Shown one piece after another: positions 27,740 to 41,463 of a stretch of 64,000 nucleotides of DNA. The notes under the pieces were generated by a model. It had not been told where the DNA came from, ran no database searches, and saw only the letters and a program-made list of their open reading frames with translations. A program made the position numbers and the translations under genes. Each line of letters opens with the position of its first letter. Position 1 is the first letter of the stretch. Source of the DNA: Girardia tigrina (lineage: Eukaryota); assembly GCA_001938485.1 (NCBI GenBank), contig MQRK01254807.1, positions 1 to 64,000 on the forward strand, written 5' to 3'.

Positions 27740-28611
27740 TATTAAAACAACTCATATTTTCATTTATCACAATATGCTTTAAGGAAGACGAGAGAATAGG
27801 ATTCAGTCTACTTTTGCACGTTTTATATGATTAATTGTGTTTCGTCTGGTAAATGTCAGAAAATATATAGTCAAAAATAAGATAAGTACCCTGGCTTGAA
27901 ATTAAACTCTGTTTTCTAATCATTTATATTATCAAACATTTTTTTTAATTTAATATTAAAATTTATATATCTATAAGGAATTTGAATTAGTTTAAATTAA
28001 AAAAACTTAATATTATTTTGAAAAATATTTGTACGTTTTGATAATTCTCTTCTGTCGTAGAGATCTCAGATATCAGTGATATTAGGGGTTTAAAAATATT
28101 CATTGATGGATGGGTTGAGATTTAGATCTTATTTCCCGATTATTTGTGCTCGCAATAGAATAAAATGACTTTTATGAATAAATTTTCATAAAATTTAATT
28201 GATTAAATAGATCCTATTTTTTCCTAATTGTGATCTGTTTCGAAGGAATAGAAATATTTTATTTTACTGCAAACTGCCAAGCAAAAACTAATCGTCGACT
28301 GCTAATTAGAAAAAAACTATTAATAATTTAATCTGAAGCTTTTAATTTCCTGGATTAATTGTTCGCCACTGATCTGAAGTATTTGGTGAAGACAAAAATA
28401 TTAGTAAATTGGTTCAGTATTTAAAATTAACTGCCTGAAATTAATTCTATTTGGAAAGAACTGACACTATTTTTCAGTAGAGTATGAATTTTTAATGAAA
28501 TTTTCAATGACTTAAAAGGCACATCAATAAAAAATTAGAAAAATAGGAAATATAGAAATAAAATATGATATTTAATGGTGTAGAAAAACTAAAAATTACG
28601 AATAATAGCTA

Positions 28612-30133
28612 CGTGGTACGCTCAATAAGTAAAAATAAACATAAAAATAAAAGCCAATTCCAATGAAATTTATTTTTCATAACAAGCAAGTTATAAAGGT
28701 TTCATTTCTCAAAGAAATCTCCATTCACACCAACACATTTTTTTCCAGCGCACAACAAGGTCCAGAAAGGCTTTTTCAAAGAATTTCGGTGGCTGTTGAG
28801 CCAAGAAATTTGAGACTGCATCCTTCAAGTCTTCTTTCGCAGCAAAATGTTCACCCCTGAGAGCTCGCTTGAGGTGGTTGAAGAGATGATAATCGGATGG
28901 CGCCAGATCCGGGCTGTATGGAGGGTGTGAGAGCAGGGTGAGGCCACAACCCTCAATTGATTACATTGGCAGCCCACTTGTGTGGATGGGTACATTGTCG
29001 TGCAAATAATATAACTCACAAACTCTGCTCTTCTTTCTCAGCTTTCTGATCTGTAGCACGAGCCGGGAGTAGTATTCACTGTTGATACGAACACCAGCTT
29101 CTGCAAAATCAACAAGGATCATTCCATTTGCATCCCAAAAAGTGGTGAGCACGAGAGCTTTTTTGTGAGAGGTTGATGATCTTATCTTCTTCGAACACCA
29201 TTCTCTTGGCAGCTTCCACTCTTGAGACTCAAGTCTTGATTCTGGGACAGAAAGGGCAAGTGGTGCTTCATCCATTGTCATAATATTCTGTAAGAAGCGG
29301 TCTCCAATAAGATCATAGAGGTTTAACCCTTGAATGCATCTTGTATCAAAAATGATACAACAAACGTTTGAAAGTGCCATGCATCCAGTTTGTGTAAATA
29401 ATTGCTGTCCTTTGTAAATAAATTATCTTTGTACATTTTTGTCTATGACGATTATAACAAAACATGTCAAAACTCCCGCCAATATTGATATAAACGTCAA
29501 AATAATATAAACAGAAAAAAATATTTCATGAAAAAATAAAAAATCATGCATTTAAGGGTTAAGTTTTCCAGGCAGCACATCAATCTCCTATCCTTCATGT
29601 CTGCTGTTAAAAACCGTGGCACGAAGCGTGAACACAATTTTCTAATTCCAGTTTCCGCAAGCAGTGATTGTATGGTACCTTTGCTGACATTTAATAGCAT
29701 TTTCAGTTCTCTGGTGGTGATTCGTCGCTCACACTGCACGATTTTCTTGAGTTTTTCGCTATTTTTTCGCCAATTTCACGTGACCTACCTGAATTTTCTT
29801 CATCAAAAACAGACGTTCGACCATCTTGAAAATGATTGAACCATCGTTTGACAGTAGATATGGATGGATTCTCCTCGCCATAAACAGAACTAAGCTCCAC
29901 GAATATTTCTTCCCGGCTTTTCTCTTTCATTAACAAGAAACGAATAACGCTTCGATATTGGAAGTTTTCCTATGACATTTTTGAATTTATGCACTCTCTA
30001 ACCTAAACACAAATAATAGATTAAAACAAATATCACAAATATTACTTTAATAACTTGCTTGTTATGAAAAAAAATTCATTGGAATCAGAATATTATTTTT
30101 ATGTTAGGCTCACTACTTATTGAGCGCACCACG
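28612..30133 (-). mobile_element. Mariner (irritans-like), full length and disrupted
   Basis: TA-flanked TIRs CGTGGT(A/G)CGCTCAATAAGT; SRFVPRFL, TMDE, HDN, PYSPDLAPSD; 1286 bp after removing the nested MITE. Confidence 0.9.
29327..29558. mobile_element. piggyBac-type MITE, 232 bp
   Basis: TTAA on both sides; TIR CCCTT(G/A)AATGCAT; removal restores transposase ENL|NLYD. Confidence 0.88.
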
Positions 30134-30188
30134 TATATTAATTTCAATAAAAATAGTGTAATAATATTTAATTGTGATTATTAAACTA

Positions 30189-31429
30189 TAGGGTGTTTCA
30201 GAAGTAATGGGAAGATGTTAATTTTAATCTATCTCCAGATAGGCATTTTATTTCGCGGAAATTAATAATTATGTGTTAATACTCATTATTCTCATTTATT
30301 TACAGATGAATGAAATCTCGACACGATGTCCTCTTGAGGAGAAAATTAAAATGGTACTACTCAACGCACAATTCCAGAATTATGAAGAGGTACGAAGACA
30401 GTGGTCTATTCATTTTGCAACCTCATCTCCTAATTTTAGGACGATCAAAGTAGTGTTTGAGCGATATCAACAGACTAGAAGCGTTGAAGATCTCTCCAGG
30501 TCAGAGCGCCTAGCTACATTTACAACGCCTGAACGGCTCGAACAAGTTCAAAAGTTGGTCGCCGCAGATCCTTCAACGTTTGTGTCTCGTGAAGCAGCCG
30601 CTCTTGACCTACCACGAACGAGCTACCACCTCCTGCTTGTGAAACTTGATCTTAAGCCCAACCGTCCGCAACACGTGCCTATGGTCACAGATTGTGACTT
30701 TGATAGGAGAGAAGAGTTTTCCAAAACAATTGTGGAGAGATTCGATGCCGACTCTCACTTAGTTGACCACATAATGTGGACAGACAAATCTTTGTTTTTC
30801 ATATTTGGAGCAGTGTTACGACACAAAAATGTTCGGTGGGGTTCAAAATATCCCCAAGCTCAAGAACAGATTCTAAACTCTCACCAGGAAATTATGGTGT
30901 GGTGTGGAGTAACTTCTGCGAGTGTCTTTGGACCTTACTTCTTTGATGGTCCAGTCAATGTTGATGCATATCTATACCTGCTGCAAACAACTGTGTGACC
31001 TTATGTGAGATAAAGGAGGTTTACCTTCCAGTATGACGGGGCTCCTGCCCATTTCGCAGCTTCAGTATTCAGCTAGGTCGACCACATGTTTCCTCGGTAG
31101 ATCGTAGAAATTGTCCAATTGAATGGCTACCTCGTTCGCCTGACTTAACTGCGAGTGATTACTTCCTCTGGGGCTACCTGACGGAGCATGTGTACAAGGC
31201 CTGCTACCATTGCTTAGCTCTGAGATAAGATCGAGTGCAGCATTAAAGAAATACCACAGGATATTGTCAAAAGAGCATGCTATGCAGCGTATGAGCGGTT
31301 TGAACAATTCCTATATGAACATTTTCTATATGTTGGCAGATACGGTTTTACCATTAACTTTGTATTTTCTTTATTTTTGTCAGATATGCATACAAAATAA
31401 TTTCCTCCCATTACTTTTGGAACACTATA
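30189..31429 (+). mobile_element. Tc1/mariner element, DD41D (rosa/VS)-like, disrupted
   Basis: TIR TAGGGTGTTTCAGAAGTAATGGGA; WTD, FQYDGAPAH, WLPRSPDLT..DYFLWG; about 40 residues between the second and third D after frameshift repair. Confidence 0.8.
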
Positions 31430-31901
31430 TATTTAATTTAATCATTATAAAATATTTTAATTATTAAATATCTTTTAATAAAATAAATAAAATTAAATAA
31501 AATATTTACCAATAAAATTGAACTTTAATATTATTTTTCATAAAAATAGTTTCCTTATTTATTATAAAAATAAAATAAATTAATAAACAAAAAACATATA
31601 TAATAATAAAAATAAATAACAACAGAAATTAAGTTGCTGAAGATGATTAAAGATTGTGACCAAAACATGCCAAAAGTTGATTTTATTTCAAAATGCTTTA
31701 AAAAATATCTATTCTAAAATTTTCTAATTATTTATCACTGGACTATTTCCTAATCTAGATTTGGAAAGTGATATGCCATTATAGATTTTTATTTAAATTT
31801 TTTATCATTCTATTCAGAAATTTATAAATTATTTCATATTCTTACGGATTTTATCTTCTTAAGAAGTACAATAAATTAATTTTAATTTTGTCATCAACAT
31901 A

Positions 31902-33077
31902 TTGGCTTGGCCAAAAAGTCATTGCGTTTTTGAGTACGTCCTAATAAAAAACTTGAAAATATAAAAATGTGATAAAATTTAAATTCAATTATATATTCTG
32001 AAACCTTAATTTTCAGACTATGTTTATACAAAATATAAATTGATTTTGTTTTAATTTATTACTTTACCGTCGATTCGAAATGGAAAATCAAAATGAGCAT
32101 ATTCGTCATGTTTTGTTGCATTATTTTCGCAAAGGGAAAACCGCTGTGCAAGCTCANNNNNNNNNNNNNNNNNNNNNNNNNNNNNNNNNNNNNNNNNNNN
32201 NNNNNNNNNNNNNNNNNNNNNNNNNNNNNNNNNNNNNNNNNNNNNNNNNNNNNNNNNNNNNNNNNNNNNNNNNNNNNNNNNNNNNNNNNNNNNNNNNNNN
32301 NNNNNNNNNNNNNNNNNNNNNNNNNNNNNNNNNNNNNNNNNNNNNNNNNNNNNNNNNNNNNNNNNNNNNNNNNNNNNNNNNNNNNNNNNNNNNNNNNNNN
32401 NNNNNNNNNNNNNNNNNNNNNNNNNNNNNNNNNNNNNNNNNNNNNNNNNNNNNNNNNNNNNNNNNNNNNNNATCATGGACAAAACGTGGTGAGCCTGCCA
32501 AAACGATCCCAAAAGCAGAAATTCACCAAAAGAAGGTTATGCTTTCCGTCTGATGGGATTTTAAAGGAATTGTGTTTTTTGAACTCCTTCTGAGGAATGA
32601 AACCATCAATTCAGACAGATATTGTGGTCAGCTGGAGAAATTGGCTCAATCAATTCAACAGGAACGTCCTGAATTGGCAAATCGAAAAGGAATTGTAATT
32701 CAGCATGATAACGCAAGACCGCATACAAGTTTGACCACTCACCAGAAACTCTTATCACTGGGTTGGGAGGTTTTGCCGCACCCAGCGTATTGTCCAGACT
32801 TGGCCCCATTGGATTTTAACTTATTTAGATCACTGCAGAATTCCTTAAACAGAAAAACATTCGCCAGTGATGATGACATCAAATCGTTCCTAGACGGCTT
32901 TTTTGCTGACAAAGGCAAAGGTTTTTATGAATCANGAATAATGAAGCTACCGGAAAGGTGGAAGAAAGTGATTGAAAATAATGGACAGTATATCGTGTAA
33001 AAATATTTGTGCATCCATGTAATTTTTTGATAATAAATATTTTAGTAAAAAACACAATGACTTTTTGGCTAACCCAA
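31902..33077 (+). mobile_element. Mariner (mellifera-like), both TIRs, D,D34D transposase with an in-frame stop
   Basis: TA flanks; MENQNEHIRH, HDNARPH, YCPDLAPLD; TGA at 32551; N gap inside. Confidence 0.93.
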
Positions 33078-33155
33078 TAGAAATAAAATCGCAATGTATA
33101 AATAAATATATATGTTTTGAAAATATAATTTGATTAAAGCTTTTTTAATATAATT

Positions 33156-33197
33156 ATTGGACATGTTTCGATGTTTATATACATCATCATCAACAAT
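33156..33197 (-). ncRNA. Minimal type I hammerhead ribozyme motif (C3U variant)
   Basis: AUUG-UUGAUGA-U-GAUGU-auauaa-ACAUC-GAAA-CAUG-UC-CAAU. Confidence 0.65.
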
Positions 33198-33764
33198 TTC
33201 TTTCATTTTGGTCAGACATTTAAGTTGAATTGCATCGATGAGATTTCAGAATGTTTTGGAAATTGAGATGAAGTCTAAAGTTGAGTGGATTGTATTAAAT
33301 GTGAGTAGTTTCATCTCAAATTTTTGGTTAGCTGTCAAGTGTTATGTTTTTCATATGTCTCTGTTACTTTGTAAAGTACAGAACGATAGAGTAAACATAC
33401 TGTTTTCTCAAACGGCAATCGATAGCTGCCAATGACTGATTTGTGAGAATCAAATTGATCGTGTTTAATGTATTTTTGCTTAATTTTTAGAAAATCCAAT
33501 TTAATTTTAATCCAATGATTTATTGGTGAAATGTTTTTTAATTATTGTAAAGTCCCATATAATGTGTTAGTTTAACAAATATTATAGCCTAACTTAATGA
33601 TGGGATTATTATCTCGAAACGCGTCGTCTTCTTATTAACCCATTGTATATATATTTGTATAATAACTTCGTTGATAAATAATAATGAATAATAATATCAA
33701 TATTTTTTATTGATTAATTTTTAATGTGATTAAATACCATTATTTTTATTATTTTAAACAAACG

Positions 33765-34313
33765 GTTCATGATATAAATTTTTTTAACAAATAAAAAAAT
33801 AATGAACATTTGTATATATAAATAAATCTAACATGATTTATCTACATTACAAAAATTTAACCGTGTGAGGGTTGCTTGTAAATGATGTATTATATGATGA
33901 AATGTATGGTGCTGAGTATGTTGTCTCTCCCAAAAATAATTACTAACTGTTAACTAATTAAAATTAAATTACAAAAACAAATTCGATTATAATTAACAAA
34001 AATCAAATTAATTTAGAAAAATATTAAATTACATAATTTATTTAAATAAACTATTTTAAGAATTTTGTTTGGCAGTTATTTTAAATTTGAATGAAATGCA
34101 GAAGAAAATTACAGAACTTTTTGTATTAAATAAATCATTTGTAAATGGTATTTCGTCTTCTCCTAACATGCCGAAGAGGGTTCATGACGATGATTCCCTT
34201 TAATGAACAAAGGGTTCAAGATAAAATTTTTTCCTTAACAAATAAAAAATAATGAACATTTGTACATATAAATAAATCTAACATGATTTATGTACATTAT
34301 AAAAATTTAACCG
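33765..34313 (+). repeat. About 100 bp direct repeat pair (33765-33863 and 34214-34313)
   Basis: ggttca..ataatgaacatttgta..aaatctaacatgatttat..aaaaatttaaccg occurs twice. Confidence 0.75.
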
Positions 34314-34487
34314 ATTTTACAAATTTACAAATATAACATTTGACTGATTTAACAAATTTAAAAAAATACAACAAGATTTTTAATTATAACAAACGTAGCA
34401 AATGTAGCAACACAACAATTTATTTATACATTTTACTTTGCGATGAAGTATAAATAATTTAATTATCTTTTATTTAAACCCATTTAG

Positions 34488-34643
34488 GTGCCATTTTCGA
34501 TAATAATGACAGGAATACTGCCGAATTTATTGCTTTCAATCTCAAATTAAGTGACCCAAAGTTTACTGGCGATGACTATAATATCAAAACTATATTTGTC
34601 TATGTTCATGATATATCAGACAGTTTTCAGATGGCTGGAGCAA
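34488..34643 (+). CDS. AMPA-type glutamate receptor, exon 2
   Basis: ttag|GT GCC ATT TTC; GAIFD...DSFQMAGA; phase 1-1. Confidence 0.85.
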
Positions 34644-34686
34644 GTAATTTACTGAACTGACATTTAAAAAATAATTTTCCTGACAG

Positions 34687-34950
34687 TATGCCAGCTATTG
34701 GTCAGTGAAGTGGTAGCGATTTTTGGACCTATCCATCCGAGGACAGTTCATACCATTCAAAGCTTGACTGACTCTCATCATTTGATCTACATTACAAATA
34801 GTGATGCTCATCATTATGCTAGTGAAAGTACAGATGGAAGAAGAGGAAAAAATATCATCAAATTGAGACCCTTAGTGGCTAATGCTGTTGTTGATTATAT
34901 ACAAAGTGAACTCTGGCAAAGAATTTTATATCTTTATGATTCAAATGAAG
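34687..34950 (+). CDS. AMPA-type glutamate receptor, exon 3
   Basis: 43 bp intron; ICQLLVSEVVAIFGP...WQRILYLYDSNE (ATD). Confidence 0.9.
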
Positions 34951-37900
34951 GTAATATAACTAAATTAAATTACAAAGTTATTTTTAAGTTCTTTTGTTAT
35001 AATACTATTAAATAATAATAATAATTTTAAAAATTTAAATTTCATCTTTTGTATATAAATTTCTTGCTTCGTATTTTTGAGTGCACTACCTTACATTACT
35101 TAATAAATCCTTTATATTTTTTGATAAGTAATAAATTAATACTAGGTTATCTATCTACGTGGTGCATTCAATAAGTACCCGACCTAAGATAAAACAATGC
35201 AAAAGCAAATTTTAATTTTTTATGTGATTTTTTATAGTAATTATAAACGGAAATATAATTTTTATATATTTTTTATGTAAAAACGGGTAATTTAAAAGTT
35301 GTTAAATTAAACGAAATTGCGATTTTAAATTCTATTTTCGAAACATTATTTTATTAAATACAGAGTAATTTTTAAAACAATTATGAAAACTGTTGGGTAT
35401 ACAATCAAAAATCTCGTTTTATTTTAAATTTTTAATTTACTTCTAATTCTGACTCCAAATGAACAAAAGGTTTCTTCCAACAATAATATATGAAGAATGA
35501 ACAAGACCTTTTAATAATAATTTATTCTGCTAACCACAATTGAAGTACAAATAAAAATTCAACTTTTTCAGTACACTTCAATTCAAAGATCAAACTTCGA
35601 TTAAACAGTTACAACAACTTTTTAGTTCGAGCGATGCTAAACTATTTTATTTAAAACTTAACTTCTCCTTTACAGGATACTGATATTTTCGTAATGTTTC
35701 AATTTTAACTTATAACCCTAACTTTTCTCCTTTACAGGATACTTGAATTTTTACCTAATATTATTAAAAATCAAATTTACCGTACATTCAGGCTTCTAAA
35801 TCTTCTTTGAGTAATAATTTGTGTGAATTGTAACTGAAATAACTATTGCTTATATACTAATTTTTCCTAACCTTGAAAATTGAATAACTAAAACAAATCT
35901 TAAAATATTTTCAAATATTTATAAATTTTATTAAAAATAGTATTATAATAATCAAAAAATTATTAATTTTAACCAACGAATTATTTTAAATTTTTATTAC
36001 ATTTTGAAATTAAATTTATATTTTTTTTTGGAACCCCAACAAAACGAAATGAAAAATGCTATTGTATAGAATTGGGAAATTTAATTGAGAAACATGTAAA
36101 TTTAAATGTACAATAAAATTGAAATTTAATAAAAGACGCAACAAAATCTTTGTGACAAAATTTTAATAAATTCACTTTATAATTTTTTATTAAAAAACGT
36201 ATAGAATTTTAATTCGTAAAAAATACAATAACCATATTTATGTTTATATCAATTCTTATTTATAATGGTTTGTGTAAAAAGAAAGTGCAAAAGTTCCTCT
36301 AAAATATTTGTTTAAAAAAACTCAAATTGTGGTAGAAATAAAGTTTTGTGTTATGACATCTTCTTTTGATCAAGAACCCAATAATCATGAATTCTATAAA
36401 ATGAACAAAAATATCAGAGTTATTGCAGGAAATTGAGAAGTTAGAGTAAGAAAATAAACAACTACAAGATGAGATATCAAAACTGAAAGATCGACGTCTT
36501 TCGAAAACTAAAAATTTTGAAAGAAATAACAAATACAAAAACGTTAAATGCTACAAATGCAATAAAACTGGGTATATTAAGAGATTTTGCACAACAACAA
36601 TATGTTATGAATGCGGCGGAAATCACAAAAAAACTCCCTGTCCAAACCTCATGACGGTAAAAGTGTTGCAGGAAGAAGAACTCTCGGATACCCAGAGCAT
36701 TAACTCGACATCTCATTCTTCAAGATCAGAGACTAGGCAGTTTAATGCTATTTCAAAATCTAAACTAGAAAAACGGGATTTGATCCATTAGTATGGGGAT
36801 TACGTCAATGACACCACCAAAAAGCCTAAAAGGCTTTTTACAAAAAAGGTATACAAAGAGGTACTGATGAAAAAATCATCAACAATAAACAAACTCATTG
36901 TTCAATGTACTATTGATAACAGAAAAGTAAATGTTATGTTCTACACTGGAGCCGATTTAAATGTGATAAGTGACAACCTTGTAAAAAGTTTAACGGAAAA
37001 ATCGGGTATAAGGGTATACCCATCAAAAACAAAAGTCAGATATGCCAACGGTCAAACAGTAATTTGCAAGGGAAAAATTAAACTTTCAGTGAATGTTGGT
37101 TCTATAGTAACGAAACAGGTTCTTGATATCATGCCAGATATATCACCAGATATTTTTATTGGATTGAGAAGCATGAAAAAATATGATATATGCGTCAGGC
37201 CAGAGATTGATTATGTCGAAATTCAAAAAGTTATTGTTCCGTTCGTTTCAGCTACCAAAGCCGCGACGACTTTAAACTAATTCCTACCGTATTTAAGGGT
37301 TCGGATGCGGATGAAGGGGCAAAAAGCGTTCAGAAGTTTTTAATTAAGCGCGTGATTTTATGGAATAATGTAGAATTATCCGGATCTCGAGAATTCTTTG
37401 TGAAAGGTGCTGTGTTAAATGAAAATATGCAGTAATTATTAATATCCAATAATTTCTAATTTATTGGGGATAAACTAAAAATGGCAGAGAAAGATTTATT
37501 AATTTGTAATTCCTTAGTTACTGCACATGAAGGATTTATATGGGTTCGAATATATATGCCGGATGGAGGAGTCAAAATGTTACATGCTGGATCTGTTTTA
37601 GGGAATGTGGAAGAATGGAAAGACGAAATGATACAATCTACCAAGAAAAAGAATTTTTAGTTTATCACAAGTATCAAAGGAAAAAGAAGTATCCAAATTA
37701 ACTTATATATGTTCAATTATTAGACAAAATATGGATAACTTACCGGAAAAAGGTTAAAAATACCACCATGGAGATAATTCGGTAGAATATGGAAATTTTT
37801 AGCAAATATACTTTAGACGTTGGTGTCACAAACAATATCGAACATTCCATAGAAACAGGAGAAGAAAACCAATTGCATTCAAACCTCGAAGGATTCCAAT

Positions 37901-38111
37901 AGGTTTAGAAGAAGCTGTAAATACTCAAGTAAAAGAGTTAGAAGAGGCGGGTATAATCAGGCAAAGTAATTCTCCATGGAATTTCTCATTAGTAATAGTT
38001 AAAAAGAAAAATAGAGATATACTATTATGTATTGACTACCGGGGATTAAATGCAAATACCGAACCTCCAATATATCTGATCCCAGCAAGCGAAGAAATTT
38101 TCGATGCGATA

Positions 38112-41100
38112 ACGCGTTTCCCCGATAGTAAGACACCCCCGATTGTAAGACGTATCGGGAGTTTCAGAAGGGTCAGCTAATATAAGCCGTACCCCGAAAG
38201 TAAGACATATGTCTTACTTTCAGGGAAACACGGGGGAATTTGCCTCCAGTGACGTGCAGTACAAAGAGTGGGGCTGGGGGTGCGGGCCGTACCCTGGGGG
38301 GGGTGCCAGGTCAGTGCCCTCCCCCTCCCACTGAAGGGACAGCGCCGTTTTGATCAGTCTGCCGACAGGTGTCACTGGCTCTGTGTCCTCCCGGAAAAAG
38401 GTCAGTGCTGGTCATACAAAGAGAGACAAAGGAGGGGGAGGGGGGTGTGAAGAGATTCTCTGCAGCTCTTATTGTAACCGCAAGATGCAGCTGAGGAGGA
38501 TTACAAGTCCTAACATACCGGGCTGTGTGGGCTTACAGTTCTCCTCTGTTGAAGCAGCAATAATGTTTTCCGTGGTCCATCAGGACCCTGGACAAAGGTA
38601 ACACCCCCAAACATCGCCCCCACATTTTTGGCGGGAAGATTGGAGGGAATTTTAGGAGGGAGATTTGACGGGAATGATAAGAATTAAAAATCAATAAAAA
38701 AACAACGTGTTGAAAAAACAGAATGTGCAAATAATGTATGAGAAAAATCAATGAAAAAATATAAAAAAAGATTTAAATTAAAAATAAAATGGAAAAATAT
38801 TATATGATTAAAAATATAATGAAAAATACATAATTAAAATAAATAATGAAAAAACATTCAATTAAAAACACATTACTCTAAAAAAGTAAGGCAAATCATT
38901 GTTTTATAAAAAGAAATTGAAAAAAAAGAAGTAATATATAAAGCATTACTTTGCAATCGAACGCAAAAATCGAACGCAAAAATCGAACGCAAAAAAGTAA
39001 CAATTTACAGAACAAAAATAAATAATATAAATGAAATGTTTGAATTGTATGTTAAAATACATTTATTTACAATATATTACAGAAAAAAAATTAAAAACAT
39101 GCGAAAGAACAAGGTGGCGAAAATAGAGTGAGGTGCAAAATAAATTATTTATATATAAAAAGTAAAATTACTAGTTTTCCCAAGCCATTCTTACATTAAA
39201 AATGATTAGATTTAAATTCCACTGCATTTGATAAATTCAATTTTTTGCTCTTTTTGCTGATATAGAATGTTATAGGTTTTATTAATATCATTGTAGAGTA
39301 TTAAATCAAATATTATGCTCTTTAAAACATTCTAAACGTTTGTTTTTTTCAGGATTTTAATTTTCTATTAGTAATTTTTTCAAACATGTATCGCTATCTT
39401 TAATTTTACTTTGTTTATTTATTTATATTTATCTTTTTATATTTTCAATGAATATATATATTTTAAAACTATTTTATATATGAAATTCGTTTCTTTAAAA
39501 GTTTGTTCGTTTTTTATTGCATTATATATTTTTAATTAATTTTTTATTTTTTGTATTTTTTAATGAAATATTATTGCTTCTATTTTTAATTAAAGTTTTT
39601 TCTATTTTTTTTACTATGTTATTTTTACAATTTTTTGCATAATTTTTTTTTAAATTGTTATCATTCCCGCCATTTTCCCACCAAAATTCCTCCTAATTTT
39701 CCCGCAAAACTTCCCTCCAAAAATGCGGGGGCAATGTTTGGGGGTGTTACCGGACAACATACAAAACACGCTGTGTGGGATACTGTATGGGGCTGTAACC
39801 TTATGGGAGACTGTGATACGGAACCGCAAGCAGTGCTTATACCATATGTTTTATAGTTTAGCCCCTAGACATGAGAGCTTCCGGTTCCAGTGGTAAAAGG
39901 AAGAGTTACACCGTGTAGTATAAAAAAGCGATTGTTGAAGAATCTTGGGGCAAAAATGTAGTGTAGTTCTGCAAGGAGAAAATGTTGGATCACCGACTGG
40001 TCCAAAAATAACGTGCAGAACACACTAACCTGAGTGAAAAAGTGGAGAGCGGAATGGCTAAAAAGCGCAAGATTGGATGTGGTCGACAACCAATGTATAC
40101 AGAGCTGGAAAGCCTGGTCTCTGAGTGGGTTGCAGACAGGAGAGCAAAGACATTGGTGGTGACCAGGGCTCAGATTCAGGAATATGCCCTTGCAGTGTTG
40201 CCACAGTTTGACATTTCTCCTGAACAATTCAAAGCATCACAGCACTGGGTGGATAACTTTCTTGAACGCAATGACCTGTCTTTGAGAAGATCCCCAACCC
40301 TCTTTAGATTGGAAGATGCTGAGATTGTTAAACGTGCATTAGCCGACAAGAAGTTTGTGGATGACATTGACTTCTCTAAATACAGTCTTTGCAACATGAT
40401 CGCCATGGATGAAACTGCCGTGTTCATGGGCCAAGCGGCACAAACCACCATTAATCAACGAGGTACCTCCTCAGTGTACGTTCCCTCCACCGCTTATGAA
40501 AGTGCACGTGTCACCTGCATTTTGACAATTCGTCTGGATGGCACTAAAGCAACACCGCTACTCATTGCAAAGGGCAAGCAGGAGAAGATTGAGCGGGTTT
40601 CTGGCATTTATTTGCTGGAAACTGAAAAAGCCTGGGCCACACACGATATTATAAGAAAGTGGCTTGATTTAATGCTGCCGCTTGTAATGCGCGGGAACAA
40701 AAGAGGGATGCTGATCTGGGATGCAGCCAACACAGACCGCGCTAAAACCATGAAAAACTTCCTTCATGAGCGGAGAATTGACCAAATCATGATTCCTGCA
40801 GGGATGACGGCTTATCTTCAGACTTTCGATATCGCCATTAACAGCCGTTCGATAACTATCTGCAATGACTACATTGAAAACCGAATGGAGAGAAATGTAC
40901 GTGGGAACTTTGTGAAGCCCAGACTGCCAGAGATTGTTAACTGGGTAAAGAATTCTTGGAATAAGATCACTAACACCTGCGTTNNNNNNNNNNNNNNNNN
41001 NNNNTACCTGGACAAAGCCTGCTCATTTCAGGACAGTGCCGTTGCTACCCATGAGAAATATGGGCCAATGATTCGGCAAGAAATGTCGTCCCGAGAGTCC

Positions 41101-41463
41101 CAAGAAAATCCACAGGAACCTAAGAGTGCGGATGTTTAAGATGATATCCCAGAGAATGATGACATGGTTGTCATGGAATAAATCTGTTTTATCTTCCAGT
41201 ATTCCACTGTTCGTTCTTACCATTTTTCATTGTTTTACATGTTATGTAATGTTGTAACAAGACATTCTTGGCACTTCCTTTTATTAACCTGTTTTGTGGT
41301 GAATACAATACTATTCAGGTTGTTAATAAATGTTAATTTTATGGTTAAAACAACAAATTCGACAATTTTTCCCCAATATAAGACATACCCCGAAAGTAAG
41401 ACATAGTGGGGCTTTTAGGGATAAAAAGAAAGTAAGACACTGTCTTACTTTCAGGAAAAACGG
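38112..41463 (+). mobile_element. pogo-superfamily DD35D (Passer/POGK-like) DNA transposon
   Basis: TA-flanked TIRs with repeated AGTAAGAC; transposase about 39870-41139 with KRKSYT, CENP-B HTH FKASQHW, MDET, LIWD-(35 aa)-D. Confidence 0.88.
38597..39751. mobile_element. Merlin-like non-autonomous element with long TIRs, nested in the pogo
   Basis: GGTAACACCCCCAAACAT... / ...ATGTTTGGGGGTGTTACC, about 90 bp imperfect TIRs, A-rich left and T-rich right arms, flanks ggacaaa / ggacaaca. Confidence 0.75.

Noticed and set aside
32551-32553. TGA read as Trp (alternative genetic code)
   Set aside because: Host exons use TGG for Trp and have no in-frame TGA; a shared TE mutation explains it.
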